A stretch of DNA of 64,000 nt, taken from contig CADBGE010000001.1 in the NCBI GenBank assembly GCA_902794075.1, positions 76,603-140,602 of the forward strand, read 5' to 3'. This DNA comes from an uncultured Erysipelotrichaceae bacterium. GTDB taxonomy: Bacteria > Bacillota_I > Bacilli_A > RF39 > UBA660. Below the pieces are notes generated by a model. The model was not told the DNA's origin. It did not search any database and saw only the letters and a list, made by a program, of their open reading frames with translations. Shown one piece after another: positions 29,576 through 39,651 of the stretch; positions within the stretch are counted from its first letter, which is position 1; each line of letters opens with the position of its first letter. The position numbers and the translations under genes were made by a program.

Positions 29576-30016
29576 ATGTTTAAAAGATTTATCTCATTGT
29601 TTGTAAGAACGAATATGTGTAAGACAGAATATGACATATCTGATCCAACAAGAACAAAGTCTACCGACAATTATGTAAATAAGTTAATAAAATCAGACAA
29701 CAAAGTTAGTGTTGGTAATTTTTTCTTAGTTATGACAACTATAGTTGGTTTGTTATTACTACTTGTTCCATTATTTGCTTTGGTTATAGAGGCATGGTTT
29801 AATCATACTATAACTACTGACTTGTCAGGAATGGCTTCGTATATCGTTGCTGTATGCTCAATATTTACTGTTGGTGGATTGACTCACGGATGGACAAGTT
29901 GGTCTGAAAATAAGTTTAAATCAATCAACAAAGATTCCGAAGGTAATGAATTAATAGAAGAGGAAAAAATTGTTCCACAAAAGAATACTGAAGAAAATAA
30001 TACAAGCGAAATATAA
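29576..30016 (+). CDS. membrane protein (two predicted TM helices)
   Basis: 146 aa with hydrophobic segments FFLVMTTIVGLLLLLVPLFALVI and YIVAVCSIFTVGGL. Confidence 0.6.
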   Translation: MFKRFISLFVRTNMCKTEYDISDPTRTKSTDNYVNKLIKSDNKVSVGNFFLVMTTIVGLLLLLVPLFALVIEAWFNHTITTDLSGMASYIVAVCSIFTVGGLTHGWTSWSENKFKSINKDSEGNELIEEEKIVPQKNTEENNTSEI

Positions 30017-30026
30017 TTTTACATAA

Positions 30027-30938
30027 ATGAAGGGATTAGTTAAATATATACATGAATCGCGTATAGAACAAATATCGTTATTATTAGAATCATTAGGTAC
30101 AAATGATATATTAAATGAAATGACATTAGAAGAAGTTTCAAGATCTGAAATGAACGATATATTTAATGGAGAATATTTTGATATTAATGATCTTATACCA
30201 AATGAAATTTCACCATCGCCAGAAAACATTGGAGGATATCAACATTCAAAACATTATAAAATAACATTTAGAAATATACCAATAGCAGTGTTTGGGACAA
30301 TGCCTTTTAGTGATTTGCGAAATACTTTGAAAAATATTTCTAATTTGTATGAATTTTTTGAAGAATGTGAGGATGGGGATGAAACAATGTTTAGTCTATT
30401 ATTAAAATGGGGAGTATTATTATATGATTCAATATATAATATAACATCATGTCCAAAATTATATACAGATTTAAAAACATTTAAGAATAGCACAAATGCT
30501 CTTAAAATATTGTCAAATATAGAGAGTTCAGAAAATGATGATTTGTTATGTTCATTTTTTAAGAAAAGTGACACAGATTCTGCTCTTAAATTATTTATAG
30601 GCGATATTGCCAAAAAAACATGTTATGTTTCATATTTGCATATAAGTAAAATAGCTAAACAACAATTAGATCTTGGTATAACAAGTGTATTGAAAGCATT
30701 TATGATAAAATTTAAAGAAATGGTTAAACAAAACAAAATAGAAGCCCTTTTAGCTATTGGTAAAGATGCTAGAACGGCGAAAATGTATGAGAAAGTTTTG
30801 GATATGAAACAAGTAAATACATCTGATTTTGAAAATAATATTGACAAATTTCCATCAATACTTAATCAATGGATTGATGACGAATTATTTACCAATTTTG
30901 TATATATGTCTACACGTTCATATATGGCTACTCATTAA
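30027..30938 (+). CDS. hypothetical protein with leader-like N-terminus
   Basis: 303 aa. Starts MKGLVKYIHE. Confidence 0.65.
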   Translation: MKGLVKYIHESRIEQISLLLESLGTNDILNEMTLEEVSRSEMNDIFNGEYFDINDLIPNEISPSPENIGGYQHSKHYKITFRNIPIAVFGTMPFSDLRNTLKNISNLYEFFEECEDGDETMFSLLLKWGVLLYDSIYNITSCPKLYTDLKTFKNSTNALKILSNIESSENDDLLCSFFKKSDTDSALKLFIGDIAKKTCYVSYLHISKIAKQQLDLGITSVLKAFMIKFKEMVKQNKIEALLAIGKDARTAKMYEKVLDMKQVNTSDFENNIDKFPSILNQWIDDELFTNFVYMSTRSYMATH

Positions 30939-30978
30939 TATAATTATTATAAATATTTTACATTTTTTAACATTTATC

Positions 30979-31012
30979 ATCCGTTTCATTGAATTTATGG
31001 AACGGATTTTAT
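30979..31012 (+). terminator. rho-independent terminator candidate
   Basis: Stem atccgtt (30979-30985) / aacggat (31001-31007) followed by TTTT, downstream of the 30027..30938 gene. Confidence 0.5.
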
Positions 31013-31095
31013 ATTTTATAATATAAACATAGTTTCTATAACATAAATATACATTATTTTACTATCATAAATATATTTATTACTATAGAAAATAG

Positions 31096-32343
31096 ATGAG
31101 TAAGAGAGGACGAGTTCGAACCAAACAATCAACTACATTAATAGAAAACACATTAAGTAAAAATGGTGAACATATATGCAATTTTCTTGAAGATTTAAAT
31201 ATACCATATGAAGAATTTTATAATAAATTATACGAATATATTGATTACGATATAAAGATGATAAAGGATTGCACTGAAAAAGCAATCGTTGAATCATATA
31301 TTAAATCTATAGGGCAATTCTTTGTAGCAGAACAACGAAAAAGACTAACTCTTGAAGAAATATTAAATTCATTAAGAAACATCACAAGAAATGATCTTGC
31401 AAGCATATATGCTCCAGATATAAGTTTTGATGACACAATAGATAAATATTTTAATGATGTTAAACGTGAATACATTAAGCATCCTATGGGTGAATCAGAA
31501 ATGCTAGAAATGACTGATGAAAACCGTGATTTATTTATAAAAAACAATCTTAAGACTGTTATTGAATGCGCAAAACGATATAGGGGTTTAGGTGTTGATT
31601 TTGAAGATCTAATTCAGATAGGCAATATGGGTCTTTTAAAAGCATGGTATAAATTTGATACATCTAAATCAGATTTACAAGATAACATCATTAATGAGAT
31701 AAATGAGCATACAGCAGACGACTTTACATATAAGGATGCAGTCGATATAATAACACATAATTTCAAATATCCAAAACTTCTTGAGCAAACAATAGCAAAG
31801 ATTCCAGATAACGGGTTCTCAAATAAAGAATCGTTTATAGAATGGGCAAAGGATAACATTCGTAAAGCAAGTTTCGCAAGTCTTGGATTTATATGGGCGC
31901 GTGCAGCAATAACATCTGAACTAAATGGATTAAGTAATATCATAAGAATACCTCGTTCAATTCGTGATTCAGATGATAAGATAACATTCATAAATTTGGA
32001 TAGTATAAATCCGCATACATATGACAATTTTAATGATGACGAACTATACGAAATTTCCAATGATGCATTCGTTACTTCAGATGACAATATGGAAAACATG
32101 GAACGTAATGATATGTTTAAAGGAATAGTTAATGAATTATTAAATAAGCTTCCAAGCAAACAAAGAAGAATCATAATGAAAAGATTTGGAATTAATTTAC
32201 CATTCCCATTAAGTATTGCAGACATTTCTGAAAATGAAGGCATAAGTCAACGAGAAGTAAAAGCATTAATAGATAAGACAATGGCATTCATTGCAGAAAA
32301 TATATCTGATGAAAACAAAAAAATATTATTTGAATTGCTATAA
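31096..32343 (+). CDS. sigma-70 family RNA polymerase sigma factor
   Basis: 415 aa. Region 2 DLIQIGNMGLLKAWYKFD and region 4 HTH RRIIMKRFG...LSIADISENEGISQREVKALIDK. Confidence 0.8.
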   Translation: MSKRGRVRTKQSTTLIENTLSKNGEHICNFLEDLNIPYEEFYNKLYEYIDYDIKMIKDCTEKAIVESYIKSIGQFFVAEQRKRLTLEEILNSLRNITRNDLASIYAPDISFDDTIDKYFNDVKREYIKHPMGESEMLEMTDENRDLFIKNNLKTVIECAKRYRGLGVDFEDLIQIGNMGLLKAWYKFDTSKSDLQDNIINEINEHTADDFTYKDAVDIITHNFKYPKLLEQTIAKIPDNGFSNKESFIEWAKDNIRKASFASLGFIWARAAITSELNGLSNIIRIPRSIRDSDDKITFINLDSINPHTYDNFNDDELYEISNDAFVTSDDNMENMERNDMFKGIVNELLNKLPSKQRRIIMKRFGINLPFPLSIADISENEGISQREVKALIDKTMAFIAENISDENKKILFELL

Positions 32344-32600
32344 TGTTTCCTGGTTTTGTGAATGCATACAGAGATAAAAATAACCATGTTCATCTATATT
32401 TCTTTCCAGGAATAGATGAACATGGGAATAATATATATAATAACATTGATATGGCAGAATATGTATCAAGTTATACTATAACCAATAACAATGATAATTC
32501 TATAGACATATGTTTTTATAATGATAAAATAATTAGACTTAATGTAAAACTAATTAGAAACGTTGATTCAAAAGAAGAGTTCATAAAACTTAATGTTTGA
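32343..32600 (+). CDS. hypothetical protein
   Basis: 85 aa. Its ATG overlaps the sigma-factor TAA by 1 nt (TAATG), suggesting translational coupling. Confidence 0.55.
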   Translation: MFPGFVNAYRDKNNHVHLYFFPGIDEHGNNIYNNIDMAEYVSSYTITNNNDNSIDICFYNDKIIRLNVKLIRNVDSKEEFIKLNV

Positions 32601-32609
32601 TTTAAATGT

Positions 32610-32996
32610 CTAATCTGTTATCATAACATTATCATATAAATATGGAACAATTAAGCTTTGTATATAATCTCTTTGTTTAAAGATATGAGCATATTTCATA
32701 TCTATATCTTGGAATGCTCTAATCATATCCTTCTTGAGAAACTTTCCCCACTTCAGTATTTGAACTTCAAGATATTTCTTCACTTTTTCACGAATTTCAA
32801 CGTCATACATATTGCTGCTTATGAACAAGTCTAATTCAGCAATGAAACTTTGAATGAATGTCATTCCGTCTGCGTTAGTCCCAGTTATATTGAAATTCAT
32901 ATTTACATGATTCACTTCTTGATTGTTATGAAATACACGTGAATTGTTTAATATTTTATTAAATGCAGATTGAGTATATGGTATTGGGTTAGTCAT
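32610..32996 (-). CDS. hypothetical protein
   Basis: 128 aa, ATG start. Convergent with the sigma operon across a 9-bp gap. Confidence 0.6.
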   Translation of the reverse strand: MTNPIPYTQSAFNKILNNSRVFHNNQEVNHVNMNFNITGTNADGMTFIQSFIAELDLFISSNMYDVEIREKVKKYLEVQILKWGKFLKKDMIRAFQDIDMKYAHIFKQRDYIQSLIVPYLYDNVMITD

Positions 32997-33017
32997 AATC
33001 TTATACTTTATGTTTAT

Positions 33018-33653
33018 TTAATGTGACCATTTTGGAGCTTTTAATTTTGTTCCATTGGTCATTTTTCTACATTGTTGTGGTCCTAAATTGTTATTTAATT
33101 TTGATTCCCAATTGTCTATGTCTATTCCTTCAAGTGTTTCACAATCTCTAAACATTGCATTAAAATTTGTAACATTTTCAACATTCCATTTGCTAATATC
33201 TCCTATTGTCTTTAATCTTTTACATCCATCAAACATATATCCAAGATGCTTAGCTGATGTCATATTCCATTCAGATAAATCACCAATATATTTAAGATTT
33301 TTACAATCATAAAACATATCATTAAATTTTTTTATATTACTTACATCCCATTTTGAAATATCTATTGCATGCATTTTATAGTCTGATTTCTTTACGTTTT
33401 TATTAACAACGCCAAAAACAAATGATAAATCATCTAAATTAAATACATTAATATCGTTAAGGTCAACTGGTTTTTTATCGGTTCCTCCTTTTTGTTTTAT
33501 GACTAAATCTGAAATAACTTTTATAAGTTCTTCCTTTGTTTCTGGAGTATATATTTGTTCATCTTTATAGTTCTTATTAATTACAAGTTTTTCATTCACT
33601 TGTGATGGAAATATGACAAGTTTTTCAGATATGTAGGTCTTTAATGATTTCAT
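33018..33653 (-). CDS. DUF285 / BspA-type LRR protein with leader plus one FPSQV unit
   Basis: 211 aa. Starts MKSLKTYISEKLVIFPSQVNEKLVINKNYK, followed by IDISKWDVSNIKKFNDMFYDCKNLK-type repeats. Confidence 0.8.
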   Translation of the reverse strand: MKSLKTYISEKLVIFPSQVNEKLVINKNYKDEQIYTPETKEELIKVISDLVIKQKGGTDKKPVDLNDINVFNLDDLSFVFGVVNKNVKKSDYKMHAIDISKWDVSNIKKFNDMFYDCKNLKYIGDLSEWNMTSAKHLGYMFDGCKRLKTIGDISKWNVENVTNFNAMFRDCETLEGIDIDNWESKLNNNLGPQQCRKMTNGTKLKAPKWSH

Positions 33654-33739
33654 TACTAGTAATAATTTTGCATATTTGTTATGTTTGAATTACGAAACAT
33701 TCGTAAATTTTTTAATATAGTGTAAAATACAGATTTAGC

Positions 33740-34168
33740 TTATACTTTAAATTTTATAATCATCATTGGTTCATTAACATCATCAGTCTCTAGTCTTCTT
33801 AAAAGTATTGTTCCATCATTATTTGTGTATGTGTCATCACCAACTTCATTGTCAATTTTACCGATCTTACTTAAAAACTTGTTCATTTCATTAGAATTTT
33901 TGCCTTCTACATATTGAGCAAGATTGAATTTCCTAAAAAGCGCTTTATTAGAATTTACTTGATTTTTAACTGTTGAGCCATTAGGTAATTTTAGATCTGT
34001 GTTAAAATATATTTTTTCTATAGTAGCTTTATCTTGTATATTATTTGTGTCAATATTACATAATTCTAATTGTTTGTTTGCCATGGCAAAGTCTTTATAT
34101 GTAACTGGCTTTGTATCAAACACACCTTCATCAATTCTTTCCTGTATATAATTAACTAATGATTTCAT
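33740..34168 (-). CDS. hypothetical protein with MKSL leader
   Basis: 142 aa. Starts MKSLVNYIQE. Confidence 0.65.
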   Translation of the reverse strand: MKSLVNYIQERIDEGVFDTKPVTYKDFAMANKQLELCNIDTNNIQDKATIEKIYFNTDLKLPNGSTVKNQVNSNKALFRKFNLAQYVEGKNSNEMNKFLSKIGKIDNEVGDDTYTNNDGTILLRRLETDDVNEPMMIIKFKV

Positions 34169-34186
34169 ATTTATAATTTAGACTTT

Positions 34187-34876
34187 TTATCTTTTTCTGA
34201 CTTCTGAATACCATGCTGGCATCCTCCATCCAGTTGTTCCTGAAAAAAACATTCTAATATTTTGTCCTGTGACACTCTTATTTATTTTCCAATTATCTAA
34301 ATTTATTGGTTTAAGTTTTTCACATCCTTTAAATAAATAATTAAAATTTTTTACTTTAGAAACATTCCATTGTCCAATATCACCAATATCAGTTAATCGT
34401 TTGCAATTCTCAAACATTGATTTTATATTAACTGCGTTATTCATTTTCCAATTAGATAAGTCACCAATGTTTTTTAACATTTTGCATCCATTAAACATAT
34501 TATAAAAGTCCGTACCAGACGAAACATCCCAGTTACTTAAATCACCTATATAATGAATTGATGAGCATTCACTAAACATATTAGAAAAATCAAGTACATT
34601 ACTTACATTCCAATTACTTATATCAATATATTTAATTTTTCCATAATTAGCATAATAATAATCAGTATAATAAAATGTACTACTTAAATCTTGTACATTA
34701 GACACATCAATATCATTTAAATTTATAGGGTTTTTTTCAGATGATTCTTGTTGACCTTCAAATCTTTCTTTAAGTATTTCTATAAGTTCATGTTTATCTT
34801 TTGGATGTTCAACATAAGGCTCAACATAATCCTTATTTATCTGTAATTTTTCATTTATGAATGATGTTAATGACAT
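34187..34876 (-). CDS. DUF285 / BspA-type LRR protein with degenerate leader
   Basis: 229 aa. Starts MSLTSFINEKLQINKDY. Contains repeats such as IDISNWNVSNVLDFSNMFSECSSIHYIGDLSNWDVS. Confidence 0.8.
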   Translation of the reverse strand: MSLTSFINEKLQINKDYVEPYVEHPKDKHELIEILKERFEGQQESSEKNPINLNDIDVSNVQDLSSTFYYTDYYYANYGKIKYIDISNWNVSNVLDFSNMFSECSSIHYIGDLSNWDVSSGTDFYNMFNGCKMLKNIGDLSNWKMNNAVNIKSMFENCKRLTDIGDIGQWNVSKVKNFNYLFKGCEKLKPINLDNWKINKSVTGQNIRMFFSGTTGWRMPAWYSEVRKR

Positions 34877-34904
34877 ATTTCTATAGGCAATTATTTAATA
34901 TAAT

Positions 34905-34938
34905 TAAAAATAAAAATTGCACCCTTTATAGAGTGCAA
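34905..34938 (-). terminator. rho-independent terminator candidate after the fibre gene
   Basis: Stem attgcac (34916-34922) / gtgcaat (34932-34938), followed on the minus strand by a T-rich run (plus-strand aaaaataaaa at 34906-34915). Confidence 0.5.
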
Positions 34939-34972
34939 TTTGATATAATGTTAATTATGTGAATAATATAAT

Positions 34973-37753
34973 TTACTTCTTAACAACTTTGTAAATCTTA
35001 ATTCCATTTTCCTCACCAATCATTTGCGATTCATATTCATTAAGATCTATCATACTATATTCTTCACCTGGATCTGCTGTAACATGAGCAGGATCGAAAC
35101 CATAGAATGTACCACCTGTGATAGTGAAACAGTTACCTTCACGAGTATATGTAGCATCATAATGATTAAGCATATATCTGTAATTGCCATTAGCATCATA
35201 AGGATTAACATCATCAGAACCAACAGTCATCTTGAATGTACCACCAATGACATTAATATGTGGCTTCTTAGAACCTTCACAATATAATGTATGAGTTACA
35301 CCTATGATCTCAGTGTTTTCTTTTCCATCAATTGTAAATGTTGAATTATCACCTGCCCATAGACCATATCCAGAGTTATTGATTAACTTACCGCCACCAA
35401 CACTATCTGTAATAGTAATATTAACTGTATTACGTCCCATGATAGCATAATTTGTATTAGTTAAATCAAGTGTGTGACCTGCAAGATCAAGTGTATAATT
35501 ACCACTCCATAATATACCACCAGCAATACGACTACGAGTAAAGTCACCACCTAATGTGACGATACCAGGATTTCCAGTAAGTAATGTTGCAACCTCAGCT
35601 GCAGTTGTTGCGGTATTACGATTAAGATCTACTGTATATTCAGTATCATTTACAACTTCGCCAATACGATTTTTAATATCATTGTCATATACTATAACAT
35701 TACCCTTACCGACAATCAACTTATTAATATGAGCATTTTGTGTAACAATTAATGTGTTATCACTTACATTAGAAGTAAGTTCATTCCATTGGCTCTTATT
35801 CAATGTTACAGTAGTATTTTCTGCATTAATTGTTGCTGATGGAATAATATTTCCTTCAGCTTCAGTGTTGTTATTAGCAAGACCAAGTTTTGGAAGATTT
35901 GTTGTAGTAATTGTTGCGTTATTGTTATATACAACACCTGTAACAGAAGCATTCTTTTCAATGTCATTATTAATAATTACATTAGATACTGTTGCATTGT
36001 TCTTACCGGTAATAGATCCATTATTTACTTCAAGAGTAGTAAAGTTACCAGATACATTCATATTTGGAACTGATGTTCCAACAGGAGCATCAATAGTAAC
36101 AGCAACAGGATTTTCTGATGTATTGTTTAGATTGAATGCTTTAGGACTTGACAAAGTAACAGTTGCACCATCTTGCATAGGAGCAGTTACAGTCATTGTC
36201 TTTGTAGCTTCTGGAATTGTAACATCACCAAGTTCACCCTCTGTGATCTCAACAGATGTATTAGTATTTGACAAGTTGTTAGCAACATAATCAGCATTAA
36301 GTACAGTAGCAGTTTCACCTGTTGCATTTGAATAAACTACATTAAACAATGTTGTATATTTATCGTTTAATTCATCATATTTTGCTTTGTCAACAAACTT
36401 ATCGTCTGCTGCAGTCTTGTCGTATACATCTTCCTCGTTTGCCTTATAACCAAGAATTGTATTGATTTTTGAAAGACTTGTATTTTCATCGTTGATTACA
36501 TCAGCAATTTCTTTAAGAGTATCAAGATTTTCATCTGCACCAGCAATTAAGTCAGAAATCTTTTGGTTTACATATGTTATTGTTGCATATTCTTCAAGTG
36601 ACTGATGTGCCGTTAAATAGTTTGCGTCATTTTCAAATTCACTTACCTTTGTAGGAACTGATGGAAGTTCTGACTTAAGTGCATATGCTGACAGATCTTG
36701 ATGTTCAGTTAAGTACTCACCCTTTTGTTGATATTTAGCATCAGCATCTTCTTCTGAGATTAGTCCATCAATAGAGGGAACCTCAGGTAACTCACTCTTA
36801 AGTGCATAATTGTCAAGATCTGAAGCATTTGCCTTCATGCCAAGAATATCAATTAATTCAGCAGTGCCCTGCTTTTTTGCAAGCTCTGTTGCAATTTCAT
36901 TAAGAGTATTTAATGCTTCTGGAGCACCATCAATTACTTCTGAAATTTTGTTATTGACATAATCTTCAGTTGCAAGACCCTCAATAGAAGGAACTTCAGG
37001 TAATTCACTTTTAAGTGCATAGTCATCAAGTGATTGGTGTTCAGTCAAATAGTTTGCATCATTCTCAAATGCACTAATCTTTGTAGGAACATCAGGTAAC
37101 TCACTCTTAAGTGCATATTTATCAAGTGATTGATGTTCAGTCAAATATTCACCCTTGGGTTGATATTTAGCATCGGCATCTTCTTCTGAGATTAGTCCAT
37201 CAATAGAAGGAACTTCAGGTAATTCATTTTTAAGTGCATATTTATCAAGTTCTGATTTATCTGCCTTTGATTGAAGTGCAGCAATAAATTCGGCAGCATC
37301 TTGTTTCTTATCTAATAAATCAACAATTTCTTTTAATGTATCGTGATCTGCATCAGCACCATTCAATAGTTCATTTATCTTTTCTGCTACATATTCTGTT
37401 GTAGCATAATTACTTAAGTCTTGATGTTCAGTTAGATATTCACCTTTTGGCTGATAATTTTCAAGCTCAGTTTTATCTGCCTTAGAACTTAACAATGAAG
37501 CAACATCAGAAGCATTTACCTTTGTATCTAATAAGTTTATGATTTCTACAATAGAATCGATTTTTTCAGTATCGTTTTCTAATAATTTTGATAATTCTTC
37601 TTTTGTAGCATATGTTGCTGCAACAAGTGACTTGAATTCTTCGTCTGCTGCAGAGTTAGCATTTATTGATTCTAAGTTTTGTTCAATTTGCGCTAACTTT
37701 GCATCAAGTTCTTGACCGCTTACAGATAATTTATATAATTTTACTTCTGCCAT
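34973..37753 (-). CDS. tail fibre protein (repetitive N-terminal shaft, beta-helix-like C-terminal part)
   Basis: 926 aa. Repeated DTLKEIVDLL / ALNTLNEIATELA fibre motifs and duplicated YALKSELPEVPSIDGLISEEDADAKYQxKGEYLTEHQ modules. Confidence 0.8.
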   Translation of the reverse strand: MAEVKLYKLSVSGQELDAKLAQIEQNLESINANSAADEEFKSLVAATYATKEELSKLLENDTEKIDSIVEIINLLDTKVNASDVASLLSSKADKTELENYQPKGEYLTEHQDLSNYATTEYVAEKINELLNGADADHDTLKEIVDLLDKKQDAAEFIAALQSKADKSELDKYALKNELPEVPSIDGLISEEDADAKYQPKGEYLTEHQSLDKYALKSELPDVPTKISAFENDANYLTEHQSLDDYALKSELPEVPSIEGLATEDYVNNKISEVIDGAPEALNTLNEIATELAKKQGTAELIDILGMKANASDLDNYALKSELPEVPSIDGLISEEDADAKYQQKGEYLTEHQDLSAYALKSELPSVPTKVSEFENDANYLTAHQSLEEYATITYVNQKISDLIAGADENLDTLKEIADVINDENTSLSKINTILGYKANEEDVYDKTAADDKFVDKAKYDELNDKYTTLFNVVYSNATGETATVLNADYVANNLSNTNTSVEITEGELGDVTIPEATKTMTVTAPMQDGATVTLSSPKAFNLNNTSENPVAVTIDAPVGTSVPNMNVSGNFTTLEVNNGSITGKNNATVSNVIINNDIEKNASVTGVVYNNNATITTTNLPKLGLANNNTEAEGNIIPSATINAENTTVTLNKSQWNELTSNVSDNTLIVTQNAHINKLIVGKGNVIVYDNDIKNRIGEVVNDTEYTVDLNRNTATTAAEVATLLTGNPGIVTLGGDFTRSRIAGGILWSGNYTLDLAGHTLDLTNTNYAIMGRNTVNITITDSVGGGKLINNSGYGLWAGDNSTFTIDGKENTEIIGVTHTLYCEGSKKPHINVIGGTFKMTVGSDDVNPYDANGNYRYMLNHYDATYTREGNCFTITGGTFYGFDPAHVTADPGEEYSMIDLNEYESQMIGEENGIKIYKVVKK
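36715..37245. repeat. intragenic direct repeats inside the fibre gene
   Basis: Segments of about 95 bp at about 36721-36815 and 37150-37245 are near-identical (ttgatatttagcatc.gcatcttcttctgagattagtccatcaataga.ggaac.tcaggtaa...). Shorter copies lie between them. Confidence 0.7.
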
Positions 37754-37793
37754 TTGTTTTTATATAATATATATTTTGTGATATTTAGTGAAA

Positions 37794-38228
37794 TTATGGT
37801 TCATCATTACCTATGATAATTTCACCATTTGAAGTAGCAAGAGTTTCATCATTCGTATCATCATCATCTCCATCATCAACTGTTATTGGTTCAACTGTAC
37901 TTGTTGGATCCAATTGCTCGCTTGATGTGCCGCCTTCACCATTGTCTTGATTAACGGTTACATTATTGTTAGGATCATTAATAGTATTGTCAATGTTTTG
38001 TTGTGTTGTACCAGGTTCATCTGAAGGAGTTTCTTCTGAAATTTTAAATGCTGCACCCTTTGGATAATACCAATCAATATCTTTATATTCTTTTTCTTCT
38101 CCGTTAAACATTCTTTTAGCCTTAGGGTCAAATGTTAGACCAGTTCTTACAAGAAATTCTAACTTTTCATCACTGTATTCTGTAACACCTTTAAGATATG
38201 TAAAACGGGCTTCTTCTGTTTTTGTCAT
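37794..38228 (-). CDS. hypothetical acidic protein upstream of the fibre gene
   Basis: 144 aa with an Asp/Glu/Thr-rich C-terminal half. Confidence 0.6.
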   Translation of the reverse strand: MTKTEEARFTYLKGVTEYSDEKLEFLVRTGLTFDPKAKRMFNGEEKEYKDIDWYYPKGAAFKISEETPSDEPGTTQQNIDNTINDPNNNVTVNQDNGEGGTSSEQLDPTSTVEPITVDDGDDDDTNDETLATSNGEIIIGNDEP

Positions 38229-38300
38229 AATGTATTATAATGTTTTTATGAAATTATAATTAAAAATAATTTTTAGTGTTTTGTATAGTATAATGATATA

Positions 38301-38333
38301 GAAAAAACGAAGTATGCATATGTCATACCTCGT
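38301..38333 (-). terminator. rho-independent terminator
   Basis: On the minus strand, a 10-bp stem acgaggtatg/catacttcgt with a 7-nt loop, followed by TTTTTT (plus-strand stems 38307-38316 and 38324-38333, A-run 38302-38307). Confidence 0.65.
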
Positions 38334-38366
38334 TATTTCATAATATTATTTAAATTATATTATATC

Positions 38367-39545
38367 TTATGCTGCAATTCTTGCTTTTATTTCATCAAGA
38401 TATTTCTTTGCTTTGTTAAGTCTGTCTTTACAATCCTCAAGTCTTGATGCAGCATCAGATCTATAATACTCACCACGTCTTTCAGGATTTTCATCTCCCT
38501 TTTCACGACCAAGTTGAACTGATTTTTCAGCGTCTTTCATACTCTTAAGATATTTGAAATAATCCTCAAATGCCGATGTAATGTAATTCATTACGTTACC
38601 GATGTTATAGCCTTCATCAATATGATCTGTATTGTCAATTATCTGTTCTGATAGTTTAAGAGCTTCATTATGAATTTTTGTGATTTCATTGAACATATAC
38701 TTTGGATTATCTTTAAGTCTCTTTGCGCGAAGTTCTTTAGCAAGTACTTGATAGTGCAATTTTTGAAGTCTAGCAAGTTCTTTTAATGATTCATCATCAT
38801 AATTTATGACACCTTTCTGAGATTCTTCTCTGTCTTTCACAAGTACATCATAATCAGTTATGAATTCATTTGGAATTTCAACAAAGTATATTTCATAATC
38901 ATTAATAAGTTCAATTAATGCGTCTACCTTAAGGTCTCCTTCTTGCCAACCACCCTTACGAAGTGGCGCAGTCTTTTTAGCAACCCTCCTATGTGAATCA
39001 CCTGATGAATTAGTCCATGCCTTAAATTCAAATGTTGAAGGTTTATATGGTTTGCCTGTTTTAGAATCATTATTTGAATATCCGCGAACAGCATATACGA
39101 TATCATGAGTCTCTGGGTCACACACAATGATTAGTCCACGAATCTTACCAGCATATAGCTGCTTAATTCTCTTATGAAGAGCATTCTCATATCCACCTTC
39201 ATAATAAGTTACATTATCATCAGTAATCTTATCCCATTGGCACCCACGAACTTTTTTCTTAGATGATCCATATCTTGAAGTTTGAACAATAGGGCCAAAC
39301 AATGAAGCAAAAGATTTTTCTGATGGTGTTATTTTTCCATATCCTTTCTCATCATATTCTTTTTGTTTTCTTATGTCTTCTGCTCTGTGTTCTTTTTCAT
39401 ATTCTTTTACTGTAGAAGCAAGTTTGCCTAATATCTTTGCCTTGAATGCTTCGTTAATCATTTCTTCACCAATGATTGATGCAGCCTCAGTAAGAATAAT
39501 ATTATCGCATTCCTTGTCAAACAAGTATTCTTTTAAGTTCTTCAT
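38367..39545 (-). CDS. hypothetical protein with leader-like N-terminus
   Basis: 392 aa. Starts MKNLKEYLFD. Confidence 0.7.
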   Translation of the reverse strand: MKNLKEYLFDKECDNIILTEAASIIGEEMINEAFKAKILGKLASTVKEYEKEHRAEDIRKQKEYDEKGYGKITPSEKSFASLFGPIVQTSRYGSSKKKVRGCQWDKITDDNVTYYEGGYENALHKRIKQLYAGKIRGLIIVCDPETHDIVYAVRGYSNNDSKTGKPYKPSTFEFKAWTNSSGDSHRRVAKKTAPLRKGGWQEGDLKVDALIELINDYEIYFVEIPNEFITDYDVLVKDREESQKGVINYDDESLKELARLQKLHYQVLAKELRAKRLKDNPKYMFNEITKIHNEALKLSEQIIDNTDHIDEGYNIGNVMNYITSAFEDYFKYLKSMKDAEKSVQLGREKGDENPERRGEYYRSDAASRLEDCKDRLNKAKKYLDEIKARIAA

Positions 39546-39601
39546 ATTATGAAATAGTATATTTTACAACATTATATATTAAAAATAAATTATTAAAACA
39601 C

Positions 39602-39627
39602 AAAAAAGGAACCCATTTCTGAGTTCC
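39602..39627 (-). terminator. terminator candidate downstream of the tmRNA
   Basis: On the minus strand, ggaac-tcagaaatgg-gttcc followed by TTTTTT, 24 nt after the tmRNA CCA end. Confidence 0.5.
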
Positions 39628-39651
39628 ATAGGAGTTTTTCCGCAGTCACAT

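Noticed and set aside
751-36290. Antisense or alternative-frame ORFs nested in long genes, for example 751..1104, 4314..4667, 6003..6527, 14178..14546, 31614..32243 and 35754..36290
   Set aside because: Each is fully contained in a larger ORF that has clear homology or motif support on the other strand or frame. Their translations are Ser/Leu/Phe/Ile-rich, as expected for antisense reading of AT-rich coding DNA.
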